A stretch of DNA of 64,000 nucleotides from Octopus sinensis (Eukaryota): assembly GCF_006345805.1 (NCBI RefSeq), contig NC_043006.1, positions 22,258,001 through 22,322,000 on the forward strand, written 5' to 3'. A model generated the notes under the pieces. The model searched no databases and was not told where the DNA came from. It was given only the letters and a program-made list of their open reading frames with translations. Position 1 is the stretch's first letter. Each line of letters opens with the position of its first letter. The position numbers were made by a program, and so were the translations under genes. Below, piece after piece: positions 35,690-47,422 of the stretch.

Positions 35690-36150
35690 AAAATTCGTTG
35701 GCAGGAGCTCCAAGACACACCAGTCATAGCAACCAGTTCGTCAATTGTTCATGAATTTTCATGATGTTTTCATTCTTCCGGGAGGTTGGTCTTCAAGTGA
35801 CAAGTGACCATTCCTAAAGCGTGAAAACCACTTATAAACTTGTGTTTTTCTCATGGCAGCATCCTTGTAAACTGTTTGAAGCATGACAACTGTTTGACTA
35901 CCATTTTCCCCAGTAGAAAACAGAATTTCACAGAAGCTTGCTGTTCTTTCGTTTCAGTCATCGCAAAAATTGATGAACAGAGGTGATACACTACAAAACA
36001 AAGACGTACCACATGGCAGTACAACTTCACACAATGGCGCCAGTTGGCAGACTGATTCCCGAGGGTTGCATCAAGTGGCTTCTAGCAGTGGAAGCTTGAA
36101 CTACAATAGGTTTGTCCACAGAGAACTATTCCGGTTACTTTTGGATACCC
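35690..36150 (-). mobile_element. Mariner 5' fragment (TIR plus N-terminal HTH)
   Basis: TIR-like gggtatccaaaaagtaaccggaat; minus-strand MTETKEQQASVKFCFLLGK...TQVYKWFSRFRNGHLSLEDQP. Confidence 0.75.
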
Positions 36151-36167
36151 ATTAGTATATATATATT

Positions 36168-36368
36168 GACCGCATATGTACTGTTGGTGATTTTTTTCCC
36201 TCCATCTTCCCTTCTTTGGATCTTTCCTTTTCCTGTTTCTGACGAAGAACTCCGCTTGAAACGTTAAACCCTTCTTCTTTCCTTCTTTCCTGAGTGTCCA
36301 ATAATACTATACTTGTTCCACGTCCTCGCATTGTGTTTTCTCTTTGTGTTTTCATGTTTGGATTAACT
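36168..36368 (+). mobile_element. ~200 bp (TA)n-flanked element carrying a minimal hammerhead motif; probably a non-autonomous Penelope-type piece
   Basis: Bounded by (TA)n on both sides; pyrimidine-rich; contains gtttctgacgaagaactccgcttgaaacgttaaac. Confidence 0.6.
36235..36269 (+). ncRNA. Minimal type-I hammerhead ribozyme motif
   Basis: Stem I GUUU/AAAC; intact CUGACGA and GAAA cores; palindromic AACGUU in place of stem III; GUU triplet; weak stem II. Confidence 0.65.
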
Positions 36369-36559
36369 ATATATATATATATATTTTGTTATACATCAAA
36401 AACAGAGAGATGATAGATTTTATAGGATAGCAGAGAAGGTATTTCAGATGTGGAAGCAAGGTCTGGAATCAAAAGGCCTTTGAGTTAATTTAGTAAAGAC
36501 CAAAGTCCAAGTAAGTAGGAAAGCAGGCAAATTACTAATCCCTTCAGGGAGATGGCCCT

Positions 36560-37075
36560 GATCCACATGTAGGAAAGGTGTAGATAGAAATTCCATACAA
36601 TGTACTCAGTGCAAGCTATAGACACATAAGAGGTGCAGTGGTATCACAGGAAGGTTTATAGAGAAAGTTATTTTTGTGAGTGGCAGGTATGCAGGTACAA
36701 TAAACACCAAGAATGTTTAGGAAATAGACTTCCTCAGATGTTCAGGTAGATCCTTAGAAATAGTAGAAAGCTTTTATTACCTAGGTGACCTAGTTAGTAG
36801 TGGAGGATGGTCTAAAAGCACAGTTACTAGAATAAGAACAGGCTGGGCAAAGTCCAGAGAGTTGGTAGCAATGGACCTACCCCTCATATGTGAAAAGTAG
36901 ATTGTATGATACCTATGTTTGGACAGCTATGCTACATGGCAGTGAAACATGGGCTGTGATTGAAGAGGGCTTGTGAAGGCTTGAAAGAAATGCCAGTGAA
37001 TCATGGGCTATGATTGATGAAGACATGTGAAGAAATGAAGCCAGCTTGCTCAGCTAGATGTGCAATGTTAGTGTG
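36560..37075 (+). mobile_element. Decayed RTE RT fragment
   Basis: SLEIVESFYYLGDLVSSGG...RIRTGWAKSREL...TAMLHGSETWAV. Confidence 0.75.
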
Positions 37076-37444
37076 CATATATGCCAAAGTGTAAGTGTTT
37101 TAAAAGAAATGAAGTGTTTTGCCCAAGTCCAGGAATTGAAACCACAATCTTCCAATCATGAACTCAACTTAACTTTTAAATAACCTAATCCTTGTCTACA
37201 TAATAGGCGGTTCTATACTACAAATAATGGTTGGCGGGTATATATGAACCATGATAAGAGGGTCCAGTCATATAAACAATGAGAGGAGGGTCTATACATA
37301 TGAATCATGTTCGGAGGGGTTAATTGCATATTAAGGTGCGTAGGTTTTTCTGCTGATGTTACAGGTGGCGATACAATTGATGTTCTTAATGTTTTAGTTC
37401 ATGTGGCACATGATGTTACTGATGGTGTCAAAGTTGGTGTTACA

Positions 37445-37842
37445 TTTGATGTTACTGTTGCTGCTGTTGCTGTTGAGTGAAGCGGTCTTCGTCCCAGAGC
37501 TCGCAAGATGGGAGAAGTCCGAAGCGTGGTCCTTTGCTATTCGTAAGGCCCGCAGAAGAGAAAGCAGGTCAACCCCTGACACCGAGAGCATCGACGGATG
37601 GATGAATGCGCATCCAGGCTCAGCGGTTGCGTAGGAAGTCAGGGAGAGGAAACAGGAAGAAAGAGTGAGAGAAAGTTGGGGCGAAAGAGTACAACAGGGG
37701 TCGCCATCACCCCTGCCGGAGCCTCGTGGAGCTTTAGGTGTTTTCGCTCAATAAACACACACAAGACCCGGTCTGGGAATCGAAACCGCGATCCTGCGAC
37801 CGCGAGACCGCTGCCCTAACCACTGGGCCATTGTGCCTCCAC
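37445..37842 (-). mobile_element. OR-like tRNA-Arg SINE, tail type 2
   Basis: Same head as 15102; different 3' half ending cttcactcaac(agc/aac)n. Confidence 0.85.
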
Positions 37843-38029
37843 TTGACGTTGCTGCCATTACAGTTAGTGTTGTAGTGATTGCTGTTGTTGTTTTAATTGA
37901 TGCTGATAGTAATGAAGATGTGGCAAAGGATGAAAAGTTTGATGTGGTGAAGGAAAGAGAATTTGAAATGCAGTTATGTTAATTTGTGTTAAGAATTCTA
38001 ATTATGGTATACTTACAGCTAGAACTTTT

Positions 38030-38433
38030 CCTCTTTACCTCCTCTCTCTCTCTCTCTCCCCCTCTCCCCCTCTCTCTCCCCCTCCCTCCCTCTCTCTCTG
38101 TCCCCCTCTCTCTCAGAAACTCTTCCTCATCACTGCCAACCACCACCACCACCAACCACCATCACCACCGCTGCCACCACCGCCACCGCCGCCGCCACCA
38201 CTACCACCACCACCACCACCACCACCATCACCACTGCTATCATTGTCCTCCTTCTCCTCTTCATCAGCATCGTTATTATTATTATCATCGTCATCAGTAT
38301 TCTCATCGTCATCCTCATTACCATCATCATCCCCCCACCACCAATGCTGCAACCACCATCACCATCATTATCACCACTACTACCACCACCACCACCACCA
38401 CCACCACCACTACCACCATTATCATCGTCATCG

Positions 38434-38476
<43 letters not shown>

Positions 38477-38480
38477 ATAA
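38030..38480. repeat. (CT)n, (CAC)n and (CAT)n low complexity
   Basis: Read directly from sequence. Confidence 0.9.
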
Positions 38481-38874
38481 TGTCCAGATTAATCTTTACT
38501 TCATTGCATGCATTTGCATAATCATCAACATTGCCAAAGCTGTGTCGGAAAGATAATACTTCCTTTTTTTTTTCTTTTTTACTGAGTCGAAATGTCAGAG
38601 TCTACACCCAGTTGTAAAGAATAGATGTCCCGACATACTGGAACAAGGCCTCTGTTTATCTTTCATTTTCTGCCCCTGTCCTCCACCCTATGCCAATTAT
38701 GATTGATTTATAACATAGGGACAAATTTAGTGGGGAAAGATATAGCTGAATAGATTAGTTATTTATTTCTCCAAACCCCGAAAGGATGAACAGCAAATAT
38801 GGGGCCCCTGGCATGATTTAAACAGAGATTGTGAAGGACTGCAATGAAATAGCACAGTGTGTTTTTCTTTGGTT

Positions 38875-39088
38875 TTCTCTTTTTTCTCTTTTTACTTGTT
38901 TTAGCCATTTTGACTGTGGCCATGCTGGTGCACCGCCTTTTAATCGAGCAACTCGACCCCGGGACTTATTCTTTTGTAAGCCCAGTACTTATTCTATCGG
39001 TCTCTTTTGCCGAACCGCTAAGTTACGGGGACATAAACACACCAGCATCGGTTGTCAAGCAATGCTAGGGGGACAAACACACACATAC

Positions 39089-39119
<31 letters not shown>

Positions 39120-39288
39120 TATATGTGACAGGCTTCTTTCAGTTTCCGTCTACCAAATCCACTCACAAGGCTTTGGTCGGCCCGAGGCTATAGTAGAAGA
39201 TACTTGCCCAAGCTGCCACGCAGTGGGACTGAACCCGGAACCATGTGGTTGGTAAACAAGCTATTTACCACACAGCCACTCCTGCGCT
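38875..39288 (-). mobile_element. SINE-B full copy
   Basis: Family consensus. Confidence 0.9.
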
Positions 39289-39296
39289 TCTCATAT

Positions 39297-39516
39297 TACT
39301 GGTTCCAAATTTTGGCACAAGGCTAGCAATTTAGAGAGGTGGGGGATAAAATCAATTACATCAGCCCTGGTACATAAATGGTACTCGTTTTTATCGACCC
39401 TGAAAGGATGAAAGGCAAACTCCACCTTGACAGAATTTGAAGTTAGACCATGAAGACGGACAAAATACTGCTAAGCATTTTGCCTGGTATGCTAATGATT
39501 CTGGCAACTCACCACC
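39297..39516 (-). mobile_element. Older SINE-A-related copy
   Basis: Same subfamily as 334-528 (gtgccaaaatttggaacc tail). Confidence 0.75.
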
Positions 39517-39675
39517 TGGCTCATAAGGGCCAGTTTCCTGTTTACATTGGTGTATAGTTTCCACCACCTTAATTGTATTTTCAGGTTTACACTAACTTGT
39601 TATCATATTGGAAATCATCAGAGATCTATTGAGGGAGTATATGGTATTGGTGGTGGTGTATATGGTATTGGTAAG

Positions 39676-39905
39676 GGCGGCGAGCTGGCAGAAACGTTAG
39701 CACACCAGGCGAAATGCTTAGTGGTATTTTGTCTGCGTTATGTTGTGAGTCCAAATTCCGCCGAGGTCGACTTTGCCTTTCATCCTTTCGGGGTCGATAA
39801 ATTAAGTACCAGTTACGCACTGGGGTCGATGTAATCAACTTAATACCTATGTCTGTCCTTGTTTGTCCCCTCTGTGTTTAGCCCCTTGTGGGTAATAATG
39901 AAATA
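39676..39905 (+). mobile_element. SINE-A monomer
   Basis: Flanked by ggtattggt(ggtggt). Confidence 0.9.
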
Positions 39906-39954
39906 GGTATTGGTGGTGGTCGTGGTGGTGGTTGTAGTGGTGATGGTGGTTGTG

Positions 39955-41160
39955 GGGGGGTGACTGTTGTTGTGGTGGTAGTTGTGACTGTAGTGGTGGT
40001 TGTTTTCATGGTGGTAACAATGGCAGTAGAGGTGGCGGTGGAGGTGGTTGTTGTAGTGGTGGTGGTGGTGGTGGTTGTAGTGGTGATGGTGGTTGTGGGT
40101 GGGGTGACTGTTGTTATGGTGGTAGTTGTGACTGTAGTGGTGGTTGTTTTCATGGTGGTAGCAATGGCAGTAGAGGTGGAGGTGGAGGTGGTTGTTGTAG
40201 TGGTGGTGGTGGTGGTGGTTGTAGTGGTGATGGTAGTTGTGGGTGGGGTGACTGTTGTTATGGTGGTAGTTGTGACTGTAGTGGTGGTTGTTTTCATGGT
40301 GGTAGCAATGGCAGTAGAGGTGGAGGTGGAGGTGGTTGTTGTAGTGGTGGTGGTGGTGGGGGGGTGACTGTTGTTGTGGTGGTAGTTGTGACTGTAGTGG
40401 TGGTTGTTTTCATGGTGGTAACAATGGCAGTAGAGGTGGCGGTGGAGGTGGTTGTTGTAGTGGTGGTGGTGGTGGTGGTTGTAGTGGTGATGGTGGTTGT
40501 GGGTGGGGTGACTGTTGTTATGGTGGTAGTTGTGACTGTAGTGGTGGTTGTTTTCATGGTGGTAGCAATGGCAGTAGAGGTGGTGCTGGAGGTGGTTGTT
40601 GTAGTGGTGGTGGTGGTGGTTGTAGTGGTGATGGTGGGGGTGGGGGGTGACTGTTGTTATGGTGGTAGTTGTGACTGTAGTGGTGGTTGTTTTCATGGTG
40701 GTAGCAGTGGCAGTAGAGGTGGCGGTGGAGGTGGTTGTTGTAGTGGTGGTGGTGGTTGTAGTGGTGATGGTGGTTGTGGTGGTAGTTGTGACTGTAGTGG
40801 TGGTTGTTTTCATGGTGGTAGCAATGGCAGTAGAGGTGGTGCTGGAGGTGGTTGTTGTAGTGGTGGTGGTGGTGGTTGTAGTGGTGATGGTGGGGGTGGG
40901 GGGTGACTGTTGTTATGGTGGTAGTTGTGACTGTAGTGGTGGTTGTTTTCATTGTGGTAGCAATGGCAGTAGAGGTGGCGGTGGAGGTGGTTGTTGTAGT
41001 GGTGGTGGTGGTGGTGGTTGTAGTGGTGATGGTGGTTGTGGGGAGTGACTGTTGTTGTGGTGGTAGTTGTGACTGTAGTGGTGGTTGTTTTCATGGTGGT
41101 AGCAATGGCAGTAGAGGTGGCGGTGGAGGTGGTTGTTGTAGTGGTGTTGCTGGTTGTAGT
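39955..41160. repeat. GGT/GTT-based minisatellite, about 9 units of ~115-145 bp
   Basis: gtgactgtagtggtggttgttttcatggtggtagcaatggcagtagagg anchor repeated. Confidence 0.93.
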
Positions 41161-41249
41161 GGTGGCGATGGTGGTAGAGGTGGTGGTCGCAGTGATGTTG
41201 GTGCTTGTGCTAGTATGGTTATTGGTGTGGCATTGGTGTGTTGTTGTTT

Positions 41250-41284
<35 letters not shown>

Positions 41285-42054
41285 GGCGGCAGTGGCAGCG
41301 GTGGAGGTGGTGGTAAGGATAATGATGGTGGTGGCAGCAGTGACATGGTTAGTGGAGATGATAGTGGCAGTCATAGTAGTGGTGATGATAGTATAGTGGT
41401 AATGCATAGATGTCTAATAAAGGGATTATTGAAATTGTGAAATTACTTCCATCCTCGCCACCATCACCACTACAAATTTCACCTTTAATATATCTACTAC
41501 ATTTTTCAGCATGATAAACAAGTTCCCATGAACCTGAAATTGCAATGATCTGAATGTATATATTCCTCTATAAGAATTAGCAGATAGTATTGTTTGTAAA
41601 TGAATTAATAATTTCAAGCCAGGAAACTCATTCCAGCATTAGTATCATGTGGGGAAAAAACAAATTTCAATGATACACCTACTTTTATTTATAAATTATT
41701 ACTGACTCCATAGCAAAAGCACATTTTTATGGCAGGCCTGTTGCCCTCTATCACAATTGTCCTCAATGTTTAATTTGCTATTAAACAAGATTGTCATAAC
41801 AGTATTACAGATTCCCAGGCAAGGTAATACATTGTGGCCTGTATTACATTTTCCAGCATACAATTCAAATTTTTCTACACCAAAACAGCATTGGAGGACT
41901 ATAAACTCTATGTGAAATGCAGCAGGATTTGGAATGATAATGATGATGTTTGAATGTTTATACATCAGGTTTACCATGATGGCATATAACAAAAACTTCA
42001 ATTACTTGTTAGTTTTCTTTATACTTACTTTGTGTTCATATTGATGTCATTTAT

Positions 42055-42310
42055 CATTATCATCAACATTTAACATTTATTTTCCATGCTGGCATAGTTT
42101 GGATGGCTTGACAGGAACAAGCAAGGCTAGGGGCCACACCAGGATTCGTAGTCTGTTTTGGTTTGGCTTCTACAGCTGGATACCCTTCTGTTTTACCAAC
42201 CACTTTACAGAGTGTACTGGGTACTTTTTACGTGGCAACAACATTAGTGCTTTTTACATGGCACCAACACAAGTGCTTTTCAATTAACACCAGCACCCAC
42301 ACTATTGCAT
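42055..42310 (-). mobile_element. Diverged RTE-tail element
   Basis: catcaacatttaacattt..ttccatgctggcat...ctacagctggataccctt. Confidence 0.7.
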
Positions 42311-42510
42311 TGGTTCTCTGTCATATCTTGGTCCTCTGTCATTTCTTTTGTAAGGGTAAGCATTTTGAGATTGGCCTTCAATACTTTGTCCATTGTCTTC
42401 TTGGGTCTCCTTCATCCACAACTTTCTTCCTGGTTATTCAGGAGAATGGCTATTTGGTAGAATGGTTATTCAGGAGAAAGGAGGATGACTTATGGGAAGT
42501 GTGTAGACTT

Positions 42511-42625
42511 AAAGGACGTAAAGCAGCTGAAATTGTTTGCGATATCAACAAAACATTAGATGAGGAAATGACCAGTGAATGGTCAGCTCAAAAAGCATTT
42601 AAACTATTTTGAAGTGGAGACCTGA
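42511..42625 (+). repeat. Inverted partial copy of the mariner N-terminus, lacking the MITE
   Basis: Matches the reverse complement of 43641-43733 joined to 43388-43415. Confidence 0.85.
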
Positions 42626-42739
42626 GCATTGACTTTTTTAATGAAATATCTATTTTGTCTTATATATTACATCAGCTTGTATGCTGAAAAGTGGCAACTG
42701 ATACTGGTACTCTGTTGATTATGATGATGTGGGTTTGAT

Positions 42740-43790
42740 CTTTGAACTCCTTCTCTTGCAGGAAACCATCAAGGTGCTTGAAAAAGTGGTAGTTGGTAGC
42801 AGAAAGTTCTGGGAAATAAACTGGGTGGGAAAGAATTTCGTGGCCAAATTTCCTCAACTTCTGGAGCGTCATTAGTGAAACGTGTGGGCAAGCATTGTCA
42901 TGAAGAATGGGATGGAGAAGTAGCAGATTTTCATTCCTTTTGGCAATTTTATGGCCATATGTTTCTGCAGTAATGGTTTTTCCAGGTTTTAAGAAGTTAC
43001 AGTGAGTGAATCCAGCAGTACACCACCAAAGAGTCACCATAGTCTCCTTTTTGAAGAGCTCAGGTTTAGGGAAGGTTTTCAGTGCTTCATTTTGGTCCAA
43101 CCACTGAGAAGAATGTTTTTTTATTATCGTACAGAATCCACTTTTTATTGCAAGTTACAATACGGTTGAGAAATGGATCAGTCTGGTTATGGAGAAGAAG
43201 TGATGAGCAAATTTCATATCTGCACATTTTCTGATTTTCATTCAAATCATGTGGAGCTTTTTGATTTTCTGATTGAAGTTCATTTGCCAATTCTCAAGTG
43301 GTTTTGCATGGATCTTTCTCAATGACAGTTTTTAATTGACCGTCATTGATGACAAATGGGCATCCACTATGCTCACAATCTTCAAGGATCAGGTCTCCAC
43401 TTCAAAATAGTTTAACCCTTTTGTTACCAACCCGGCCAAAACCGGCTCTGGCCCTGTAATACAAATGTCTTGTTTTCATAAGTTTTGAATTAAAATCTTC
43501 CATCAAACCTTAGTTGCAATTTATGTTCCTAACACTAGCTTAATGATAAGTAAGTTATTTTACTAAATTCTTTGTTATATTTAAAATAATTGAATGAAAC
43601 ACAGAGCATCTCAAAAAAAATATAATAACGAAAGGGTTAAACCCTTTTTGAGCTGACCACTCACTGGTCATTTCCTCATCTAATGTTTCGTTGATATCGC
43701 AAGCAATTTCAGCTGCTTTACGTCCTTTTTTGAAGTTGAATAGCAAAATTGCTGGAATATTGCGCTTTGACTGTTCCATTTCAGATGATT
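42740..43790 (-). mobile_element. Hsmar1/cecropia-like mariner remnant interrupted by a MITE
   Basis: MEQSKRNI..KKGRKAAE, FLNRIVTCNKKWILYDN, LHDNACPHV..HPVYFPELSATNYHFFKHL. Confidence 0.85.
43416..43636. mobile_element. piggyBac-type MITE (221 bp)
   Basis: TTAA TSD at 43412-43415 and 43637-43640; TIRs cccttttgtta / taacgaaaggg. Confidence 0.88.
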
Positions 43791-43861
43791 GTAACAAAGG
43801 TGAAAAAAATATCAATGTAAATTTATTGATACATATGGTCAAGTCTATGTCTGTATTATAA

Positions 43862-44064
43862 GTTGGCGAGCTGGCAGAAATGTTAGCATGCCGGGCGAAA
43901 TGCTTAGTGGTATTTCGTCTGCTGCTACGTTCTGAGTTCAAATTCCGCCGAGGTCGACCTTGCCTTTCATCCTTTCGGGGTCGATTAAATAAGTACCAGT
44001 TACGCACTGGGGTCGATATTATTGTCCTCTCTGTGTTTAGCCCCTTGTGGGTAGTAAAGAAATA
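43862..44064 (+). mobile_element. SINE-A monomer (internally deleted)
   Basis: tgtattat at 43852 and 44065 (possible TSD). Confidence 0.88.
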
Positions 44065-44194
44065 TGTATTATCAGACAATTTCAAAAAAATGTTTTAAAA
44101 AATTCAAAACTCTGCAAAAATCCAGTACAAAGTCTAAGTCTTCATGGTACAAAACGTTGCTTACTTTTTACTCAACCTAATGGTCCTTAACGAG

Positions 44195-44370
44195 ATTTAA
44201 CATGACACAGAATGTGACAAAGCTGGCCCTTTGAATTACGAGTATAACTCATTTTTTCCAGCAGAACAAACTGGAGAAATGTGATATAAAGTGTCTGACT
44301 GAATGACACAACACACTGCCAGGAATGGAACTCACAACCTTATGATTGTGAGACGAATATCCTAACCACA
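44195..44370 (-). mobile_element. Old CORE-like tRNA-derived SINE
   Basis: Minus strand gtggttaggatattcgtctcacaatcataaggttgtgagttccattcc...aaaatgagt; a relative lies at 60295-60470. Confidence 0.65.
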
Positions 44371-45289
44371 ACATACACAGGAAAGTATTGGCCCCTAGAT
44401 CCCTTGCGCCTCTTGGTAACTACACACTGTGCTCATATCTTAAGAGGGCACTACCATTAAGCTGTGTTCTCTATTGCATCCCCGATCACTTCACCGTCTC
44501 TACTTCAAATTTACTTCTTCTCAGCCACCTACACTTTAACATATTTTTCACATCTGACTAATATCCATATAATGTTTCCCACTTTCCAGTATAGTCATTT
44601 ATCCCATCTTTCCTTAATATAACTGCATTAGTCTAGAATTTGTACTTCTGTGAAATGTTTTGAAATAACACTGTTTGTTTTTATATATCGTAAGGTTTCA
44701 CATATGTGAGACCCACCCATTCTTTTTTGGTACCTACTCATATCCCAATTGCTAACTTCCCTGTCACTCATTCCTTATCTCTCACTCTCTTTACCACTCA
44801 TTTTTTTTTGTGTCATTTCCCCTCATTCCCTCTCTCACTACTCTCTTCTTTTTTGTTTTTGTATTATTCTGTTGGCATAAGTAAAGAAGGCAGTACCCAA
44901 TACATTCTACTAACACCTTTTCTCCTCCTATGATTTACTATTTCTCCATCCTTCTTCCCTTCTATTTGTTGCATTATTCTTCCTATGAAACTTAGGAAAG
45001 CTGCATGTGATACCCCCTAACACCACTCTTTTTGTACTGCCAGTCATCACTCCCTCTTTCCTGAACTCACAGGTGACTACTATCCATCATTCACCCTTAA
45101 CACTGTTCCCCTCCATCTCCATTTCAATCCTCCTTTCTTACCCTAGTCACCTCTCTCACATCCCAATTACTCTGCTTCCACTCTCATACTCTTTCAGCCT
45201 CCAGTTCGGTTTCCAACTTCCTGATACTTCCACTCTTATCCCTTCTTCTTCTGTTCCCATTTTCAGACCTGTTGCTTGACTGAACAAAC

Positions 45290-45652
45290 ACTACCCACAA
45301 GGGGCTAAACACAGAGAGGACAAACACGGACAGATACACACACAGATTAAGTCGATTATATCGACCCCAGTGCGTGACTGATACTTAATTTATCGACCCC
45401 GAAAGGATGAAAGGCAAAGTCGACCTCGGTGGAATTTGAACTCAGAACGTAGCGACAGACGAAATACCTATTTCTATTTCTTTACTACCCACAAGGGGCT
45501 AAACACAGAGAGGACAAACAAGGACAGACACACAGATTAAGTCAATTATATCGACCCCAGTCTGTAACTGATACTTAATTTATCGACTCCGAAAGGATGA
45601 AAGGCAAAGTCGACCTCGGTGGAATTTGAACTCAGAACATAGCGACAGACGA
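45290..45652 (-). mobile_element. Headless SINE-A dimer
   Basis: Two bodies joined at gaaatagaaataggtatttcgtc. Confidence 0.88.
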
Positions 45653-46094
45653 GGAGTTAAGATTCAGTAACCTTACTGAGTACAAGGTAACTTCTCTAAC
45701 GCCAGTACCACAGTAAAATACCTCTTATATACTTTTTCTAAAGTAATTGGAAAACGAGAAGATACTGACACTGAAGTTCTCACTACTGCCACTTCTGCCA
45801 CTGTCCCCAACACTGACAACAACGATGTCAATAATGATGACAGCAGTAACGCCACTGATGACCACGATGATAAGGCCACCACTGCTGCTGCCAATGCATT
45901 TTCGCCCCAAGGTACTCACCTTCAGCCCTTTTAGTTCTCAACATTTACTCTATTGTGCACATCAGTTCATCGAAAGCAGCTGTGTTGTAGTGTGTCCCTA
46001 TTTTCAAGGTTATTAAATAGCCAAGAATTAAGAGAGAGTAAGAAGGACCACTTTATTTTAACAGGGTAATGAATGTAAAACTAATTAAATAAGG

Positions 46095-46476
46095 CAGTGT
46101 GGTAAGTAGCTTGCTAACCAACCACATGGTTCCGGGTTCAGTCCCACTGCGTGGCACCTTGGGCAAGTGTCTTCTACTATAGCCCCGGGCCGATCAATGC
46201 CTTGTGAGTGGATTTGGTAGACGGAAACTGAAAGAAGCCTGTCGTATATATGTATATATATATATGTGTGTATATGTGTGTTTGTGTGTCTGTGTTTGTC
46301 CCCCTAGCATTGCTTGACAACCGATGCTGGTGTGTTTACATCCCCGTCACTTAGCGGTTCGGCAAAAGAGACCGATAGAATAAGTACTGGGGTTGATTTG
46401 CTCGACTAAAGGCGGTGCTCCAGCATGGCCACAGTCAAATGACTGAAACAAGTAAAAGAGTAAAGAGTAAAGAGAG
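46095..46476 (+). mobile_element. SINE-B full copy
   Basis: Family consensus. Confidence 0.88.
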
Positions 46477-46609
46477 TATAACTAATTACTTTTCACTTAT
46501 CATAATTAGTGAATCTTATTAAGGCAGCTATATTTATTGTGCAAGTGATAGTTAAGAAACTTTATAAAGAATGTAAAGCAGTCGCAATCATGATATGTAA
46601 ACTGCTGAA

Positions 46610-47031
46610 AGGCAGTGAGCTGGCAGAAACGTTAGCATGCCGGGCGAAATGCCTAGCGGTATTTCGTCTGCCGCTATGTTCTGAGTTCAAATTCCGCCGA
46701 GGTCGACTTTGCCTTTCATCTTTTCAGGGTCGATTAAATAAGTATCAGTTACGCACTGGGGTCGATATAATCAACTTAATCTGTGTGTCTGTCCTTGTTT
46801 GTCCTCTCTGTGTTTAGCCCCTTGTGGGTAGTAAAGAAAAAGAAATAGGTTTTTCGTCTGTCACTACGTTCTGAGTTCAAATTCCACCGAGGTCGACTTT
46901 GCCTTTCATCCTTTCAGGGTCGATAAATTAAGTATCAGTTATGCACTGGGGTCGATATAATCGACTTAATCCGTGTGTCTGTCTGTATTTGTCCTCTCTG
47001 TGTTTAACCCCTTGTGTGTAGAAAAGAAATA
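46610..47031 (+). mobile_element. SINE-A dimer with 18-bp TSD
   Basis: gatatgtaaactgctgaa at 46592-46609 and 47032-47049. Confidence 0.92.
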
Positions 47032-47086
47032 GATATGTAAACTGCTGAACCTACTACTGTACAGTTAGTAAATAGCAGGGTTCAAG

Positions 47087-47410
47087 TAGATACGACATAA
47101 TAGATCTGGATGATGTGGCATAACAGGTTTGGTTGATATCAATTAACTGATCTGGTAGATGTGACATAGCAGATCTTGCAGATATGGCATCAACTCTTGC
47201 AGTATATGTGACGCAACAGACTCAGCAGATATGACATAACAATCTTAGCAGAAGTGATATAACTGGTCTACTATATATGATGTAATAGTTCTAGCAGGTA
47301 TGATATACATGTAGCAGATATGTGACATAATATATCTAGCAAATATGACTAACCAATCCAAGAGATAAGTCATAACAGATCAAGTAGATGTGACATAATA
47401 GATTTAATAC
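47087..47410. repeat. Highly diverged ~23 bp minisatellite, about 14 units
   Basis: Approximate consensus agat(at)gtgacataacagatctagc. Confidence 0.75.
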
Positions 47411-47422
47411 TCTTGAATCTAG

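Noticed and set aside
41699-42001. Short unique-sequence ORFs as host exons (also 50475-50690 and ~55220-55320)
   Set aside because: No recognisable domain and no consistent splice-site and frame combination.
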